Of a stretch of DNA of 64,000 nucleotides, positions 1 to 14,300 are shown piece after piece. The translations under genes were made by a program, and so were the position numbers. Positions within the stretch are counted from its first letter, which is position 1. The number at the start of each line of letters is the position of its first letter. This stretch comes from Tubulanus polymorphus (lineage: Eukaryota; Animalia; Nemertea), in assembly GCF_964204645.1 (NCBI RefSeq), contig NC_134027.1, positions 27,743,849-27,807,848 on the forward strand. The letters are read 5' to 3'. Under the pieces are notes generated by a model, which worked only from the letters and a program-made list of their open reading frames with translations, searched no databases and was not told where the DNA came from.

Positions 1-999
1 TCACCGAAAATTAAATCATGATGATAGGCCGTACTGTGCGTTATATTGGCCGTAATGTGCGTCATATTGGCCTGTTTTTGAATTGAACTACATAAAATCG
101 AAACAAAATTACATCGATGAAGTTACAAACTGAACACTGAATTTGAGGAGTGATAAACGTAGTTAAAATGTAGTAGACCAGCTGAGCAGTAATAACCACT
201 GAATACAATAACCTACTAACAATCACTAGAAACATAAATCAGCATATATTACCATAAATCAGCATATATTAATCAGCATAAACAGTACAATATTCAATAT
301 TAATCTAATCTATATTAATACATCTATCTGCTTACAGTGTCTTACACTACATACAGCATATGTTTATATGGCACTGATAAAATGAAGATTTACAGATATA
401 AACCTCGCTACACCTCGGATAAGTTGGTCAAAATTTGGTGAAATCTCTGTTTAAGGAGTTGAAGTTAAAAAATGATTTTGTATTTAGAATTCAGCCAAAA
501 GTCCAAGTTGACCACGTCAGAGTGAAGCTGTCAGGTTTAACTGTATCGTTAATTACAGGTTTTAAAGAATTTAGAACGGAAAATGTTTAATTGAAATGAT
601 CAACAACTCGCAACTCAAAATCTATATTAGCGATTACAGGATTCACGTCTCCCTAGGATTCCATCTGAACCCAACAAGTTTTTAAAGTTACTTATTGGAT
701 TTTTTCACTTTGTTTCTCTATAAAATTCATCTTTTTCTGTGAAAACTACGTAATTCATCTTCGAAAAAATAAAATCTTTCCAGTAGTGAAACCACTTCAC
801 AGCGAGAGGCGAATATATCCGCCTAGTTCCGGTCTATCACAGACATCGCTTGACGGACAACAGTAGAAAAATATATAGATTCAATCAGTTCCACTAAACA
901 TCGACAGGTGGCGTGCAGTTTCATTTAGTTTCATCTCATGTCGAAAGGTGGCGTGTTTCGTGTTGGTCTCATTAGGGAACATCTAAAAACAAAAATATT

Positions 1000-1183
1000 A
1001 TGTTTCAATGTTTCAATGTTACGATGTTTCAATGTTACAATGTTTCAATGTTACAATGTTTCAATGTTACAATGTTACAATGTTTCAATGTTACAATGTT
1101 TCAATGTTACAAAGTTTCAATGTTACAATGTTTCAATGTTACAATGTTTCAATGTTACAATGTTTCAATGTTACAATGTTTCA
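1000..1183. repeat. Simple tandem repeat (AATGTTTC/AATGTTAC 8-bp units)
   Basis: Directly visible alternating 8-mers; explains the ORFs at 938-1225. Confidence 0.95.
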
Positions 1184-2310
1184 AAATTTCGATATTTTTC
1201 ACTGATTAAATTCAACGCCGTTTAAAACACCACAGAAAGATAAGAATTAAAAAAAAGAGTTTGAAGTTTTCGCAGGAAAGAGAGTTAAAACCATGCTTTC
1301 AATAATTGAGAATTTATGAATATGATAAAAAAATTTAATTTATTGGATATTTTAAATACATATTTATTAGAGCAAAGTTAACAGAGAGAAATGATATAAA
1401 GTTTATATATCTTAAATCTAGAAATTGTAACTAAAGTTTTCGGACTTTTTATATATTAAGAATTTCATGCAAACTAAATGAATATAATAATGTAATACAT
1501 GAAAGGGAACATTGTATTACAATGTATTTATTACTTACAATGAGTTTCTTGTGGGACATTGGGTAACACTAAAATGAGATGGGTTACACTAAAACTAGGG
1601 TATAAAATGTTTGGTTTGGAAGAAACGTTTAGAAAGAAATAACGCCGACAACGGGTATAGGAAAAATAATGATTTCATTTTCATGTTTGAAAATATTTAA
1701 ACGATTATTAAATGACGGGGTTGATTACTTACTGTTTTAAACTGCTGTTAATAGTGATCGAGTGATTTAGAGAAGTAATGAGACAGAGAAAGAAAGTAAG
1801 AGAAAGAGAGTAAGAGGGAGTGGTTCATGTTAGTAAGAGGAAACTAGTTACCTAACAATCATCTATATATATATATATATATTAGAGTTTATATTCATAT
1901 TCTAGTTTTTTTCTCTCAATAATTCACGAGTTTTAGATATAGAAAATCTTACTGGAAATTTACACAGATACAGAGAAAGAGAAACCACAATATTTCGGCT
2001 GTTGTCACCGGGGTCAAGGTTAACCATCACGTGAATACCACGATAACGATGTAGTTGTAACTGTAACTGTCAGTTCTATCCACTGGTTAACTTTGAACCA
2101 ACTTTAAAACAACCGCAGCGCCCCCTAATGATGGAATTCAACAGCCGAAATGTTATAATCACTGTTTTATGAACTTACAGAATCTCAATAAATGCAAAAA
2201 TCAAACATTAGAAATGTTTCGTATATTTTTCTAGTATTTGATTTTTCATTTATGACATTGCTACAGTCAAACACATGTTGGGAAATTGAGAGGTATAGCG
2301 AGAGGTATAC

Positions 2311-5300
2311 TCAATACTTACAGACTGGTGGAGGTGTAAGAGGAGTATTCGGTTTAGATCGAGGCGTTACAGGGCGACTTCTAGGTTGAGGTTTCACTGG
2401 AACATAATCAGTGCTGGTTCCCGCAGTTTGTGAGTCTTGTAGCACGCATAGCGGCTGAAATACATCACAAATACATCAAAAATACATCAAAAATTAATAC
2501 ACGTCAATCAAGTACAAGTGTCTCTGCACAGTATGTAAAATCGAATCGAGTCGGAACCGGCGCATTTGTACTTATAAACATTTACGTAACAAATGATACA
2601 AATTTACTCGCAGAATATTCATAAAGTGTCTAATAATCTCAATTAAAGCGTTAAATGTTTCATTGAGTCATTTCTTTTCATTTCTAGTGCGCCTTATCTG
2701 ATCGGAGTGTTTCATGTCTGGAATACTCACTAGTTTTTCAGTACTCGCCGATAGATTCGTTGAATCCGGTGATTCACTGCGTAATGAATTCAGTTTTCTG
2801 TGGCGACGACATCGGAACATTTGAATTAAAGCAGCTCTTAATTCAACACTTCCCAAACAGTAGAATATAAATATATAAACACCCTACAAAATAATATACA
2901 CACATCAACTATACACGTCTCTGATCTGAAGACTGCATCCGAACCCCCTCACACTGGACCCTTCTCAGACTGGCCCCCTCTCAGACTGGACCCTTCTAAG
3001 ACTGGACCCTTCTCAGACCGGACCCCTCTCAGACCGGACCCCTCTCAGCCTGAAACCTTTCTCAGACTAGACCCTTCTCAGACTGGACCCTTCTCAGACT
3101 GGACCCCTCTCAGCCTGAAACCTTTCTCAGACTAGACCCCTTAAAACCTGCACCTCTCTTAGCCTGAACCCCCTTCAGCCCAGACCATGCACTCCATCAG
3201 GCTGGACCCTACGGATCCAGGCAATTCATCAGGTCCGGGAGATGTATCATTATATAATTCATTTATTCATTATTTTACTAATTATCTCTAAAACTGTTAT
3301 AAATTAGTTTTACTCCGTGAACTGAACCCGTTTTATATTTACCTGTAGCGTGTTGAAAATGACAAAGAAATATTGCACAGTAATCGCCGAGTCGAACACG
3401 GAGAACAGACCGAGTAACCACGATATTCCTAACACTGGTAACAACAATACTCCGTTACACGTCGCCTTTCTATAATATGAAACACGCATTTAGAAAATAT
3501 CGCCGACAACAAAAACCCGAAGGTCCCAGTTACGAGTAAGGTTTGAGTGTATTTATGAGAGAACGGGGTAAGATGATTAGTACCTGAGGTCTACTATCAG
3601 ATCTTCTCGTTTAATCGCTGGTGTTGAGATATTACACATAACTATCAATAACACACACATATTGAGCTGAATAGAAACAAAAAATAATAATCAATATTTA
3701 CAAATTATCCACCTGTTTTTATTTGTTATCTCAATAAAAAGTTGTTAAGTGATTTTACCACAATGAACATCAGTATCGGACCGATGAACGCGTAGATGTA
3801 ATTTCCTTGTGTTGAAAGCCAGCATCTAATAGGAGAACCATACGCCTCAACATTAACTCCAGCTGTAGCGCAAACTATTATCAACGGTATACCTACAAAT
3901 ATATCATCTCATTTCTAAGTAAAGTTGATTGTCACTTTTATTCTAGGACGAAAAAAATTATGTGGCATTATTCCACCTAGGATTAGTAACTCAATCGGAC
4001 TGTCCTGCCAGTTGTCATGTGGCCTAAGGTCAGAAGTGGCTGGTCATCCGACTGTCCGCCTAGGGTTAGAGTAACGGGTAACTGTCGCGTCAGTCACCCG
4101 GGATTAGTAGCCTCAGGTCGTGCCTAGGGTTAGGGTAACGGGTAACTGTCGCGTCAGTCACCCGGGATTAGTAGCCTTAGGTCGTGCCTAGGGTTAGAGT
4201 TACGGGTAACTGTCGCGTCAGTCACCCGGGATTAGTAGCCTCAGGTCGTGCCTAGGGTTAGAGTTACGGGTAACTGTCGCGTCAGTCACCCGCGATTAGT
4301 AGCCTCAGGTCGTGCCTAGGGTTAGAGTTACGGGTAACTGTCGTGTCAGTCACCTGGGATTAGTAGCCTCAGGTCGTGCCTAGGGTTAGAGTTACGGGTA
4401 ACTGTCGCGTCAGTCACCCGCGATTAGTAGCCTTAGGTCGTGCCTAGGGTTAGAGTTACGGGTAACTGTCGCGTCAGTCACCTGGGATTAGTAGCCTTAG
4501 GTCGTGCCTAGGGTTAGAGTTACGGGTAACTGTCGCGTCAGTCACCCGGGATTAGTAGCCTCAGGTCGTGCCTAGGGTTAGAGTTACGGGTAACTATCGC
4601 GTCAGTCACCTGACCTAGGGATAGGGCTGTGATTGGCTATGACGTCAACCATGTAAACATTGATGATATCAGCAGTTTTCGAAGTATCGTTTCTTGTAAT
4701 AACGAAATCTTACCCCAAGCAAACGGAATATAGCACTTGATTCGTCCTTTAGTGACACCTGACGTGACGGCGTAGAATATATACAATCCTTCAATCCATA
4801 ACCAAGCGAATGTCGCCACATAGAAATAGTGAATCAGCATCGATACTGCTTTACAGAAATTCTATAATAAATCATATTAATTGTAAATTTATACACATGT
4901 CTATATAGTTGCCAAACTGCGGGATTAACTGGTATTCATCCATCTCTCACAATGTGCTGATCGATTTTAAAGGCCTACCTTATTCACTAAAGCAGAATCG
5001 CTCAATAAGAAGAAGAAATGAGCAAAAATCATAGCAATCACTAAATTCAGATGGATGAAATTTCTCTCACAATACAGGTGTCTGAAAATACACAAAATAC
5101 AGAAAATACAGGTGTCTGAAAATACACAAAATACACAAAATACAGGTGTCTGAAAATACACAAAATACAGGTGTCTGAAAATACACAAAATACAAGTGTA
5201 TAAAAAACCTACGAATTCCCATAAGAATAAGCATCGATTCATCTTGCGTATCAATAGATGATCTTGTTGATTTTAAGTACTATGCATGATTAGCTGCAAG

Positions 5301-8300
5301 ACATGGACCCCTGCTCCATGTATCCCTGCCTCTTGGACCCCTGTCTCCTAGATCCCTGCCCCATGGACCCCTGCCTCCTGGACCCCTGTCCCATGGACCC
5401 CCCCCCCCCTTGACTCTTTGCCTCCTGGACCCCTGCCCCGTGGATCCCTGCCTCCTGGACCCCTGTCCAATGGACCCCTGCCCCATGGACTCTGGTTGTG
5501 TAAGACAATTCAATACTTACCGATTAGAAACGAGTACAGTGAAGAATAACGATAAACACAACAATGAAACGATTAAACCGATATAGGTCAGAATTCTGAG
5601 GACTGTTTCATGAACGCTTGGAGTCTATAAAATAAAACATCAACATTTCATCCATTAAATTCCAGCTCAGTGGTTAATGAAGACGTGTATTATAGACTTA
5701 CATGAACAGGAATCGGTTGCATCAAAATGGCGAAATTAGTCAAATGATTACATTCACAAGTTGTATGTGTTTTATCAGTAGAGATTACTCTACATCCATC
5801 ACCGCCCCATTCTATATGTCCGTTCCTACACAAATATATATATATACAACATGATGACCACTACTACACAAAACATTATTATCAACGATATAACCGAGTA
5901 GAACAGTTTCATTCACTTTTTGGGACCAGAAAGAATAGTTATATTCCTTATTACTACAGTTTGTCGCATCCAGAATGAACGAAATTTTCCTATTTAACAA
6001 AAAACTAAATTTCTAATAACCGTTAATCTTATTTGGCTCGAAATTCTAGGTTTGTAATAATCGATAAATCGTTATAACCGAGGTTCCGCTGTATCAATGT
6101 AGATTGTAAAAGGCACAGATTGATGATGTCAAGTTGAACTTACTTTGAAACGCGTTTGACGAATGCGCAATAAACATTCAGTTTAGTTTTACCGCTGTTA
6201 ACCTGTTGATGCGCTAGTTTGAATTTAACGACTCCTCCGTTATTAAATCCAGTAGTACGAGATGGATAAACACTGGCTGTGATTATATTACTGTTTACTA
6301 TTACTACACTATCATTTATTGTGTGAGAACTGTGAAAATAGAAATCAATATCATTAGTAAAATCAGGCCTAATTCTGAGTATCAATCTTAGAACTTTCAC
6401 CACTACGTGTGAAGTGTGGACGATCAGTTTGTGAAAGTGTGCTGATAAAATGTGTAATCTCTGGTGTTTGTAGTTCATTTTCAATTAGAAAAGTCTCAGG
6501 CGAAATACTGGACACATGTTGACGATAGCACAAATTGGAGTAATGAATATCTGTTGGGTTGCAGCAAATTGATACCTTTATAAACGCTATACTTACTTTG
6601 GTTCAACTGAAGATGGATAAAAATGTCCGATATTGTTGTATAAACACATAACTAAATTCGCTTTTATTCCTGAAAATAACATGAAAAACGTGTTAAATAA
6701 TTTCGTATAGTTCGTATACAAATCGAAGTCGAGAATTAAAACCTACCAGAAACAATGTGATCCATTAAAATGTCATTAGGCGGTAGTTCTATAAAATCAC
6801 TGTAATCTGGACGCCATTTTGTAAGAGTTGTTTTAACTGCTGTATCAGTGTAACTAGGGAAACTTATTGTTTCATTTTGACAATCTGTAACCACTAATTT
6901 ACCAACAGTCATTACTAAAAATAGAAAATAGTTCCTGAAGGTTAGAGCTAGGTCTTCAGTTTAATCTGGCAAGAATTGCTTATCTGAAAGTTAGGCGAGA
7001 TGTAAGTTAGGCGAGATGTAGTACTTACTGGCATTATTGGAGTTGAAATTCTTGGTGTAACAATTCGGAATATTTCCCTCAGTAAACTTGTCAACTAATG
7101 AACTGACGAATGTCTCTGTATTGTCTGGTATTGAGCTGATATTAGACTGCAATCAATCAAAATTTATGAATTAGAAATTAATGATAAAAATAACTTATTC
7201 TGCCTAAAATCCATAAACAATAAGTTCAATGGCTTTACAGCAGATAAAAAACTGAAATTAGTTTGATGAACAATGGGGTGTAAAGATTTCATTTGAAAAT
7301 ATCGATTGATTGACTATATTTGACGGGACAAGCTAAAGTATACCAGAGTACTAGGATAGAGTATGAGAAGGCTTTATTCTGGGCTGAGAATATATTAACG
7401 CGTGGAATTATATTAAAACCGTTATGATTCGAATCTGGTAGGAATTCGGTTAAATCTGAATTTGAATTTGAAATTTCAGTCAATATGTAACTGTTTATAA
7501 GTCTCACCTTATCTACATTTCCCAGATCGTTAGTCGGGTTCAGAATGTCACTTACTGTTGTGAGATATTTCTAAAAACAAAAATGATTAGGATATAGTGA
7601 AAACATTGAATAAACTACACACACTAGCTCAACGAAACATTTCCGGCTTTATTTTGATTTCATCATTATGTGATTCTCATTACGGATAAAGTGTCTTATT
7701 AATCGTGATCCATATTTTGTTTGTATGAAATAAAAACGTTTCTGGAATAAAACTCGATAATTCTACCTGAATTTGATCATCGAACACCGTGTTATTAACA
7801 GCAGCAGGCGGAGGAGCAGTAGCGATTAAACCGGTCCATTTAATAGTCGCGCTCACTTGATTCGAACTCAATCCACCATTTTTAGAAGCTACATTTAACA
7901 TATTGAGATACGTGTCGACTTCATCCGTCGATACTGACGTCACAACTTTAGCGAGTTTAGCCACGTTCTCGGCAGTTTGATCCAAACAAACGCGATCTTT
8001 CCAACCGCTGGCGCAAATATCTGAATTAAGAGGAATTAGATGAATTATTTAATTCGATGATGTCGGATGATACAGGTATTATAGAAGCGTCTACTTACAA
8101 GGAGTAACCCACGGTTGTGTAACTGGTTGTGTTGATGTTGGAGGGTAAAATGTAACTGGAGGTCGAGTAAACTCATTTGGATTCACTTCCTCTACAAAAT
8201 ACACAAGAACACATAATTTTTTCCGATTGATATTTTTATATTTTCCACGTGTTGAGGGTCCAGTACCGCTTATTCTATCGTTATTATTAACTCTTTTTCG

Positions 8301-11300
8301 AATACAAATATCAATTTGTTGCCTCAAACAACAGTCTGGAACTTTTACCCCTCAGCCTGTACCCCTCATCCGCTCAGTCAGTTTAGAACACCAAACTGAA
8401 GGGGTACAAGGTACGAGGCTGGAGGTGCAGGTACCAGGTTGAGGGGTGCAGGCTACCAGGCTGATGTGGTGCAGGGTACCGGGAAGTAGATAAATTATAT
8501 TTACCTATTCCATTACTACAGATTCCCAGTAATGTTTTAGTAAGGAATGGATCAGTTATAGAAAGTGCATGATCCCAAATAGCTACATCGTCATAAACAA
8601 CGTAAGCGTTCTGCGGAGGACTGTACGAACTCTTTCCTAGGAAAACCATCTGTAAACTGTCAATACCTATATTCGCTTTAGCGAATGGGACTGTAGTTGA
8701 CACTAGAAAATAGAAATATCATTCATATTTCATTTAGAATACAATCAAATAGTTTATTTTCAAAAAAGAAAATTAATTTTTAATTTTTCTCAAAAAAGAC
8801 AAGATTTGTAGCCTATTTCATTTAGATTATCATCAACTTTTCTATAATTCTTTATTTCTATATAATCAGATACTTACTATTAAGTCTCCCGTTTATGAAC
8901 AGAAAGAACCCTTTATTAGAACCATCTCCTTTCCAGATGAACCCTAAATTAGACCACTCCCTCATGTCAATCATCGCTGACGTTCTCCACGTCTCTTTAC
9001 CGTCTGTCATATCAAAGAATATCTCCGCTTTCAGCGTATCGGTCCGACAAGTCGATGACGTCATGTAAATACGGAATCCGCGAGATGCCCGATACCCAGA
9101 ACTGTGAATTAACCGTAAATAAACCGTTAAAACGTCGGTAGGGGGCAGCACATTTAAAACTTGGTCATGGTGGTCTAAAACTGGTCTTGAATTTAAGCCA
9201 TAACGGTGCAGGTGAAACTTTTTGTTAGTTTAGCATAGACGATAATTAACTGAATTGATAATGAATTGAGTTAATACCAGTCTATAAAACCGGGCCCAGG
9301 TGGCGCGCAATGTTAATACTAACCAGAATATAGTTCCTTCTTTCTGCTGAGCTGGGGGACAATTTTTGATATTGACCCACATAGAGAACGTTATTCCATT
9401 AGTACAAAGAGCTGGATCACTCAAACACCTGCCTTTAAAATTACCTGTAATAGAATAAAAATATGTTACATTAGCCTGATAACCTGAATAAATAAAACTC
9501 CCCTCACGCCCCTCTCCCCCCGGTAATAGGGGGTAGAATTAATACCTAGTTTGATGTATCCTGCTGTTCCTACGTCATAAGCGCCTTTACTGGAGTTATG
9601 ACGATCCGTGACGTATTGACCTTGAGTTTTATAAACTCCGTCATCTTCACTGATATAGAAAACCTGTTCACTGGATTGGTAACACGATTCTAGAACAGAG
9701 TATACAGAAAATATCAAACACCAATTAACTCATGAAATCATGAGATATGTAGAACTGATTGTAAAACTCGTTGAGTTGTCACACATTACTGCGGTCGACT
9801 CTATTTTCAGGACTCAATTTGTATTTCAAATTCAATCATTTTAGATTTTAGTCTTTCATTTGGATTAAATCAACGACGTAATTAATGGTTGTCAGACGAC
9901 TTTAAAACAGTAGTGAGATCGACTCGATATACTTTACCTTGTAATGAGAAACCTTCAGGGAAATCATTAGCAGTCGGATAATATTTCAATGAAATATCGT
10001 CATATGTCGCTTTCAGAAATCCAGAATTATCAATATTTGATTTTCCTAAAGTGACTTCAGATAGAACTGAATTCCTCGACTGTTCAGTGCGAGCCACCTG
10101 TAAACATTCAAACATTGACTTTACAAGTGGAAACAAGTGGAAACAAGTGGAAACATAGTAAAAACAAAAAGCGGTGAAATAATCTTCCATGTTAATCATC
10201 GATACTTACCGGACTTAATTTCCGTTGGCTGTCCAGTACAATGCTTATTCCTGATTGGCTCATCCAAATAATTTGAAATTGGAACCATTGGTCAATCGGG
10301 ACATCGACGGATTTCTTCCAAACCATCGTCCCATTAGCGACAGTAATATCAATCATCGATTCATTCTGTTCAAAACTGACGCCTTTCGTGCCTGGAAACG
10401 AAATCATAAATCATTTTATTGAGGATCATTCACTGAATCAAACGCCTCGACTTTTGGTTCTATCATTATTAGATATTTCAGCCAAACAAATAAAAGTTTA
10501 ATCAGAGATGCAAATAAACAGTCATTTCTGTATTGACGCAGATGCCATCTATTTATTACTATACGAACTATCAAATCTACTTACTGTTATCATGAGCTCC
10601 CGATGTTAAAATGATTCCTGTTTGTTTTGAGAAGAGTTTTAGATGCATACTAATCATAAAACCATTGACGCAAAGAGCTGGATCTGTGATACATCCTCGA
10701 GAATGATTCCCTAATGATATCCACTGAGTAGCACCATCGGTAAATAGGGCTTTCCCCGTCATGAATCTATCTTGGACCTCGGTAGCTCCACCGTGAAGGG
10801 TCGGTTGTGTAAACATGTTTACGGTAGGACCTGATATCATCCATAGATAAACGCTGTTATTGAATAATGGAGCAGTTTTACCTGAAATAGAGACAAATAC
10901 ATTTCATATAAACCTTTCGCATCCCACACTGAGATCAGAGGTCCGCAATGGTTCCGTGTAATATTCTTGATGATCTACTCAAGGAAACATTTCAGACTCT
11001 TTTTATTCTTATTGTAGAATTGAAATTATCTTTACAACACGGGCCCTGATTGTTTCATCAGTTGTTATAATGAGGACAACATCAGTATTCGTGAAGATGA
11101 CTATTAGGATATAGTGGAAACGTTGAATAAACTACACTAGCTAAAAGAAACATTTCAGACTCTTTTTATTCTTAGTGTGCAGGGATTTCATATCTTAAAT
11201 CTGAATGTTTCATCAATGGTTATTTGTATTCATTAGATTTTGTATAATTATTCCATGTTTACTCACTGTCCATTCCCAGGAATTTGTAAGAATGACTCGG

Positions 11301-14300
11301 ATAAATAATCGAGTTCCAAACAGCTACATTAAACACATCTATATCCTCGACCGCAGCGCCACCTATTGTAAGACTGTGAACAGCGCCAGATTCTGAAACT
11401 CCGTTAGATGATTCCGAATAGGTTGTACTCAGTTTTTTACCATTGTAATAAATAGCGGGATCGCTTCCGTCCATGTAGGTGAACGCGACATTCATCCATT
11501 TCCCGATTGGAATTTCCTAAAAACAACATTCATTCGATTAACTCATTTATTAGAAATCAAGTGCAGGAACTTCCTGAGCAACTTATCAGTACGATTTCAT
11601 TATGAAATCGTTTTGTGGTAACAATTGTTTTAAAGGATCCAGTTCCACAGTTGTGGATCCGTTCCACAGTTGTGGATCCAGTTCTACAGTTGAAGATTCC
11701 ATCATTGGTGGAACTAACTCTAGAGAACAGTCGACTGTGAAACTGGGTTCATAATTCTCACCTTCGATGATCTATAAATATGTCGAGTTCCATTATTCTG
11801 AATGATAAGTTGAAGCATTTTATTGACTGTTGATAGTTCACATTTCCAACTATAGGGCAAAGCTTCAGATCTATAAACAAAACACACGTCATTTCATTTA
11901 TTGTATGATACATTATTCACGATAATTGACGAGTAAATACTGGAGACTTACGCGAGGAGAGGGACAACATTTTGAGTGATTCTATTCACTCTGATGTACA
12001 GAGCGATACTGAACGCTGATACTGTGAAATTAGATAGGAAATGATCCGCAGCGAATTGTCCTGTAAATAAAATAAAAACAAATCAGTGAAAAATAGAAGA
12101 AATTTTTCTATATAAAGAAATTTTTCAGTAGATGGATAAATGTTAGTTGGATAGAAATATCAGACGTGTGTACTAGAAAATAGATTGAGGCCATTCATCA
12201 ACAGCAAAGTTAGCATCAATAGAATACTGGGGCCAGTTGCAAAGTCGTGGCTTGAGTTCAAAACTAATCTTAAGACTGGTCTCAAGTTGTTAGATTGGCT
12301 ATAGAACTAAGTTGGTCTTAGATCGATCTTAAATCTAAGCCATGACTATGCAACCGGCCCCTGATTTCTACATACAGAATACCAAATCTATCGAATCTTT
12401 TTTTAAATTTTCCATAGGGGAGATTGGAGACTGACCTAGTATAATCTGACCAGCAGGTCCTAGATGAATCCAGTGTTGTCGTGGAGTCGCAGATTGTGAT
12501 AGTCCCGGTAGAGGTTTAGTTGTTTGTTTACTCTCATACAGTAAATCTATTGTACTATCAATAAACTGTTGTTTCTGCCAGTAATAAACACAAGTCGAGT
12601 AATAATCATTATCTGAAAAAATTAGCGACGCGAACCAATCAAACACCTGATCTGATGATAGTCTGAAAAGTTGAGTCTTTTAATTTTAGATTGAATAAAT
12701 AAATTTCTTTTTTCAATTTTTTCAATTTGTATTTATTAGATATTGATTGTATTACGGATCTACGTGTCCTCCTTGTCCGAGTCAGTAAAATGAGACTGAT
12801 AGAACTTTATACGCGTCACTTGTTTATTTGAAGTACCAGTTTTCACTTCATTAGAATCTAATGCATCGACTCATTCACCTGATGAAGCTTTTATACATCA
12901 GTAACGAAAACTCGAACTTCAAATAAACAATCTCGCATATTAAGTACAATCTGTCTCGTTTTATTGATTCTACTCCAGGGCCCGGTTTTATAAACTGGTA
13001 TTACCTTTAACCCGGGGCTTAACTCAATTCATTATCAATATTGAGCTAACCCCCGGGTTAAAGGTTTAACCAGTCTCTAAAACTGGGCCCTGGTTAACAC
13101 GGCTCTTTCCACGTCAGAGTGTAGGGGTTATTCTACTATTCAGGATCCAGTTCCATAGTGATATAAAATTTCAATGATACCACTCTTAGGTCAAATTTCA
13201 ACTCGACGATAATCTGGTCGATTATCAGTTGAAAATAGTCGACGATGTGCAGTATATATGTTAATGTACATACAGCTGTACATGTACATACAGCTGTACA
13301 TGTACATACAGCTAGCTGTACATGTAGTTATGTAGTACAGGATAGTGATTTACCTGTTATTCCGAATGTCTGCCTGAATTCAAACGGTTCTATGTATTTC
13401 TCAGTGTACGCGAACGTATCGAATATAAACGAGGCGAAATTTTTTACGAATTCGTCATTATTTTCTCGTCCCATAAGAAACATCGTGTATCGGTCTCTGT
13501 ATCTGACATCAGGACTTCCTTGTTTATTCACTGATAAAATCTGTCCGTTAATCGCCACATAGAAACCATTCTCGGCGTTCCACGATACAACTAGATGAAG
13601 CCACGTGTCTGAAATAGAATAGAGAGTCAAACTCGCTACTGCTCGAGACTTCGTTATCGTTGAGACGACAAATAGTTACTTACACATAGATATACAAATT
13701 AAGACTCGAAGGAATAGATATCTTCAGTAATGTGACGACTTATCAGTTTAATAGTACGTTATAATGAAAGTGAAATCCCTGAATGAACAGTTCATTGAGA
13801 CAGAGGTTCGGGCTATTTTCTAACAGACACCTGATGATGGCTGTTAGAAAAGCAACTTCAATGAAAAAACTTTAAAATTCCTCTACTCTAATTGATATCT
13901 TTACATCTTTAGATTACGATGATAAAGATTTAGATGATAAAGATTTAGATAATTGAGTTGATGTAGGAGTCAGTGTGTAAGGAATTCTCACCAATAGGAA
14001 GAAAAGTGCGATCAATTCTACTTTTCCACAATCGTTTTCCATTCGCCATCCCGACAAACAGCGCGTTATCAGCCAGATACACAGTAAAACCTCGTGAATT
14101 ATAATCTTGTTCTCCTGTTGTTACTAGATATTTCTGAGTGGATGCACTTTGTAATTCCGTCAGTTTAAACAGTAACATGAACGACAAGCCCGAGTTACAA
14201 GCTTCCAAATTCGTCAAACAATGTCCGGCGATCTTTCCCATACCCCGAGTTATCTTTACTTTGTGTGGAGCTGAAATTATAGATATTTACAAACTGAAAT

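Noticed and set aside
938-1225. Cys-rich short ORFs
   Set aside because: 8-bp simple repeat open in several frames.
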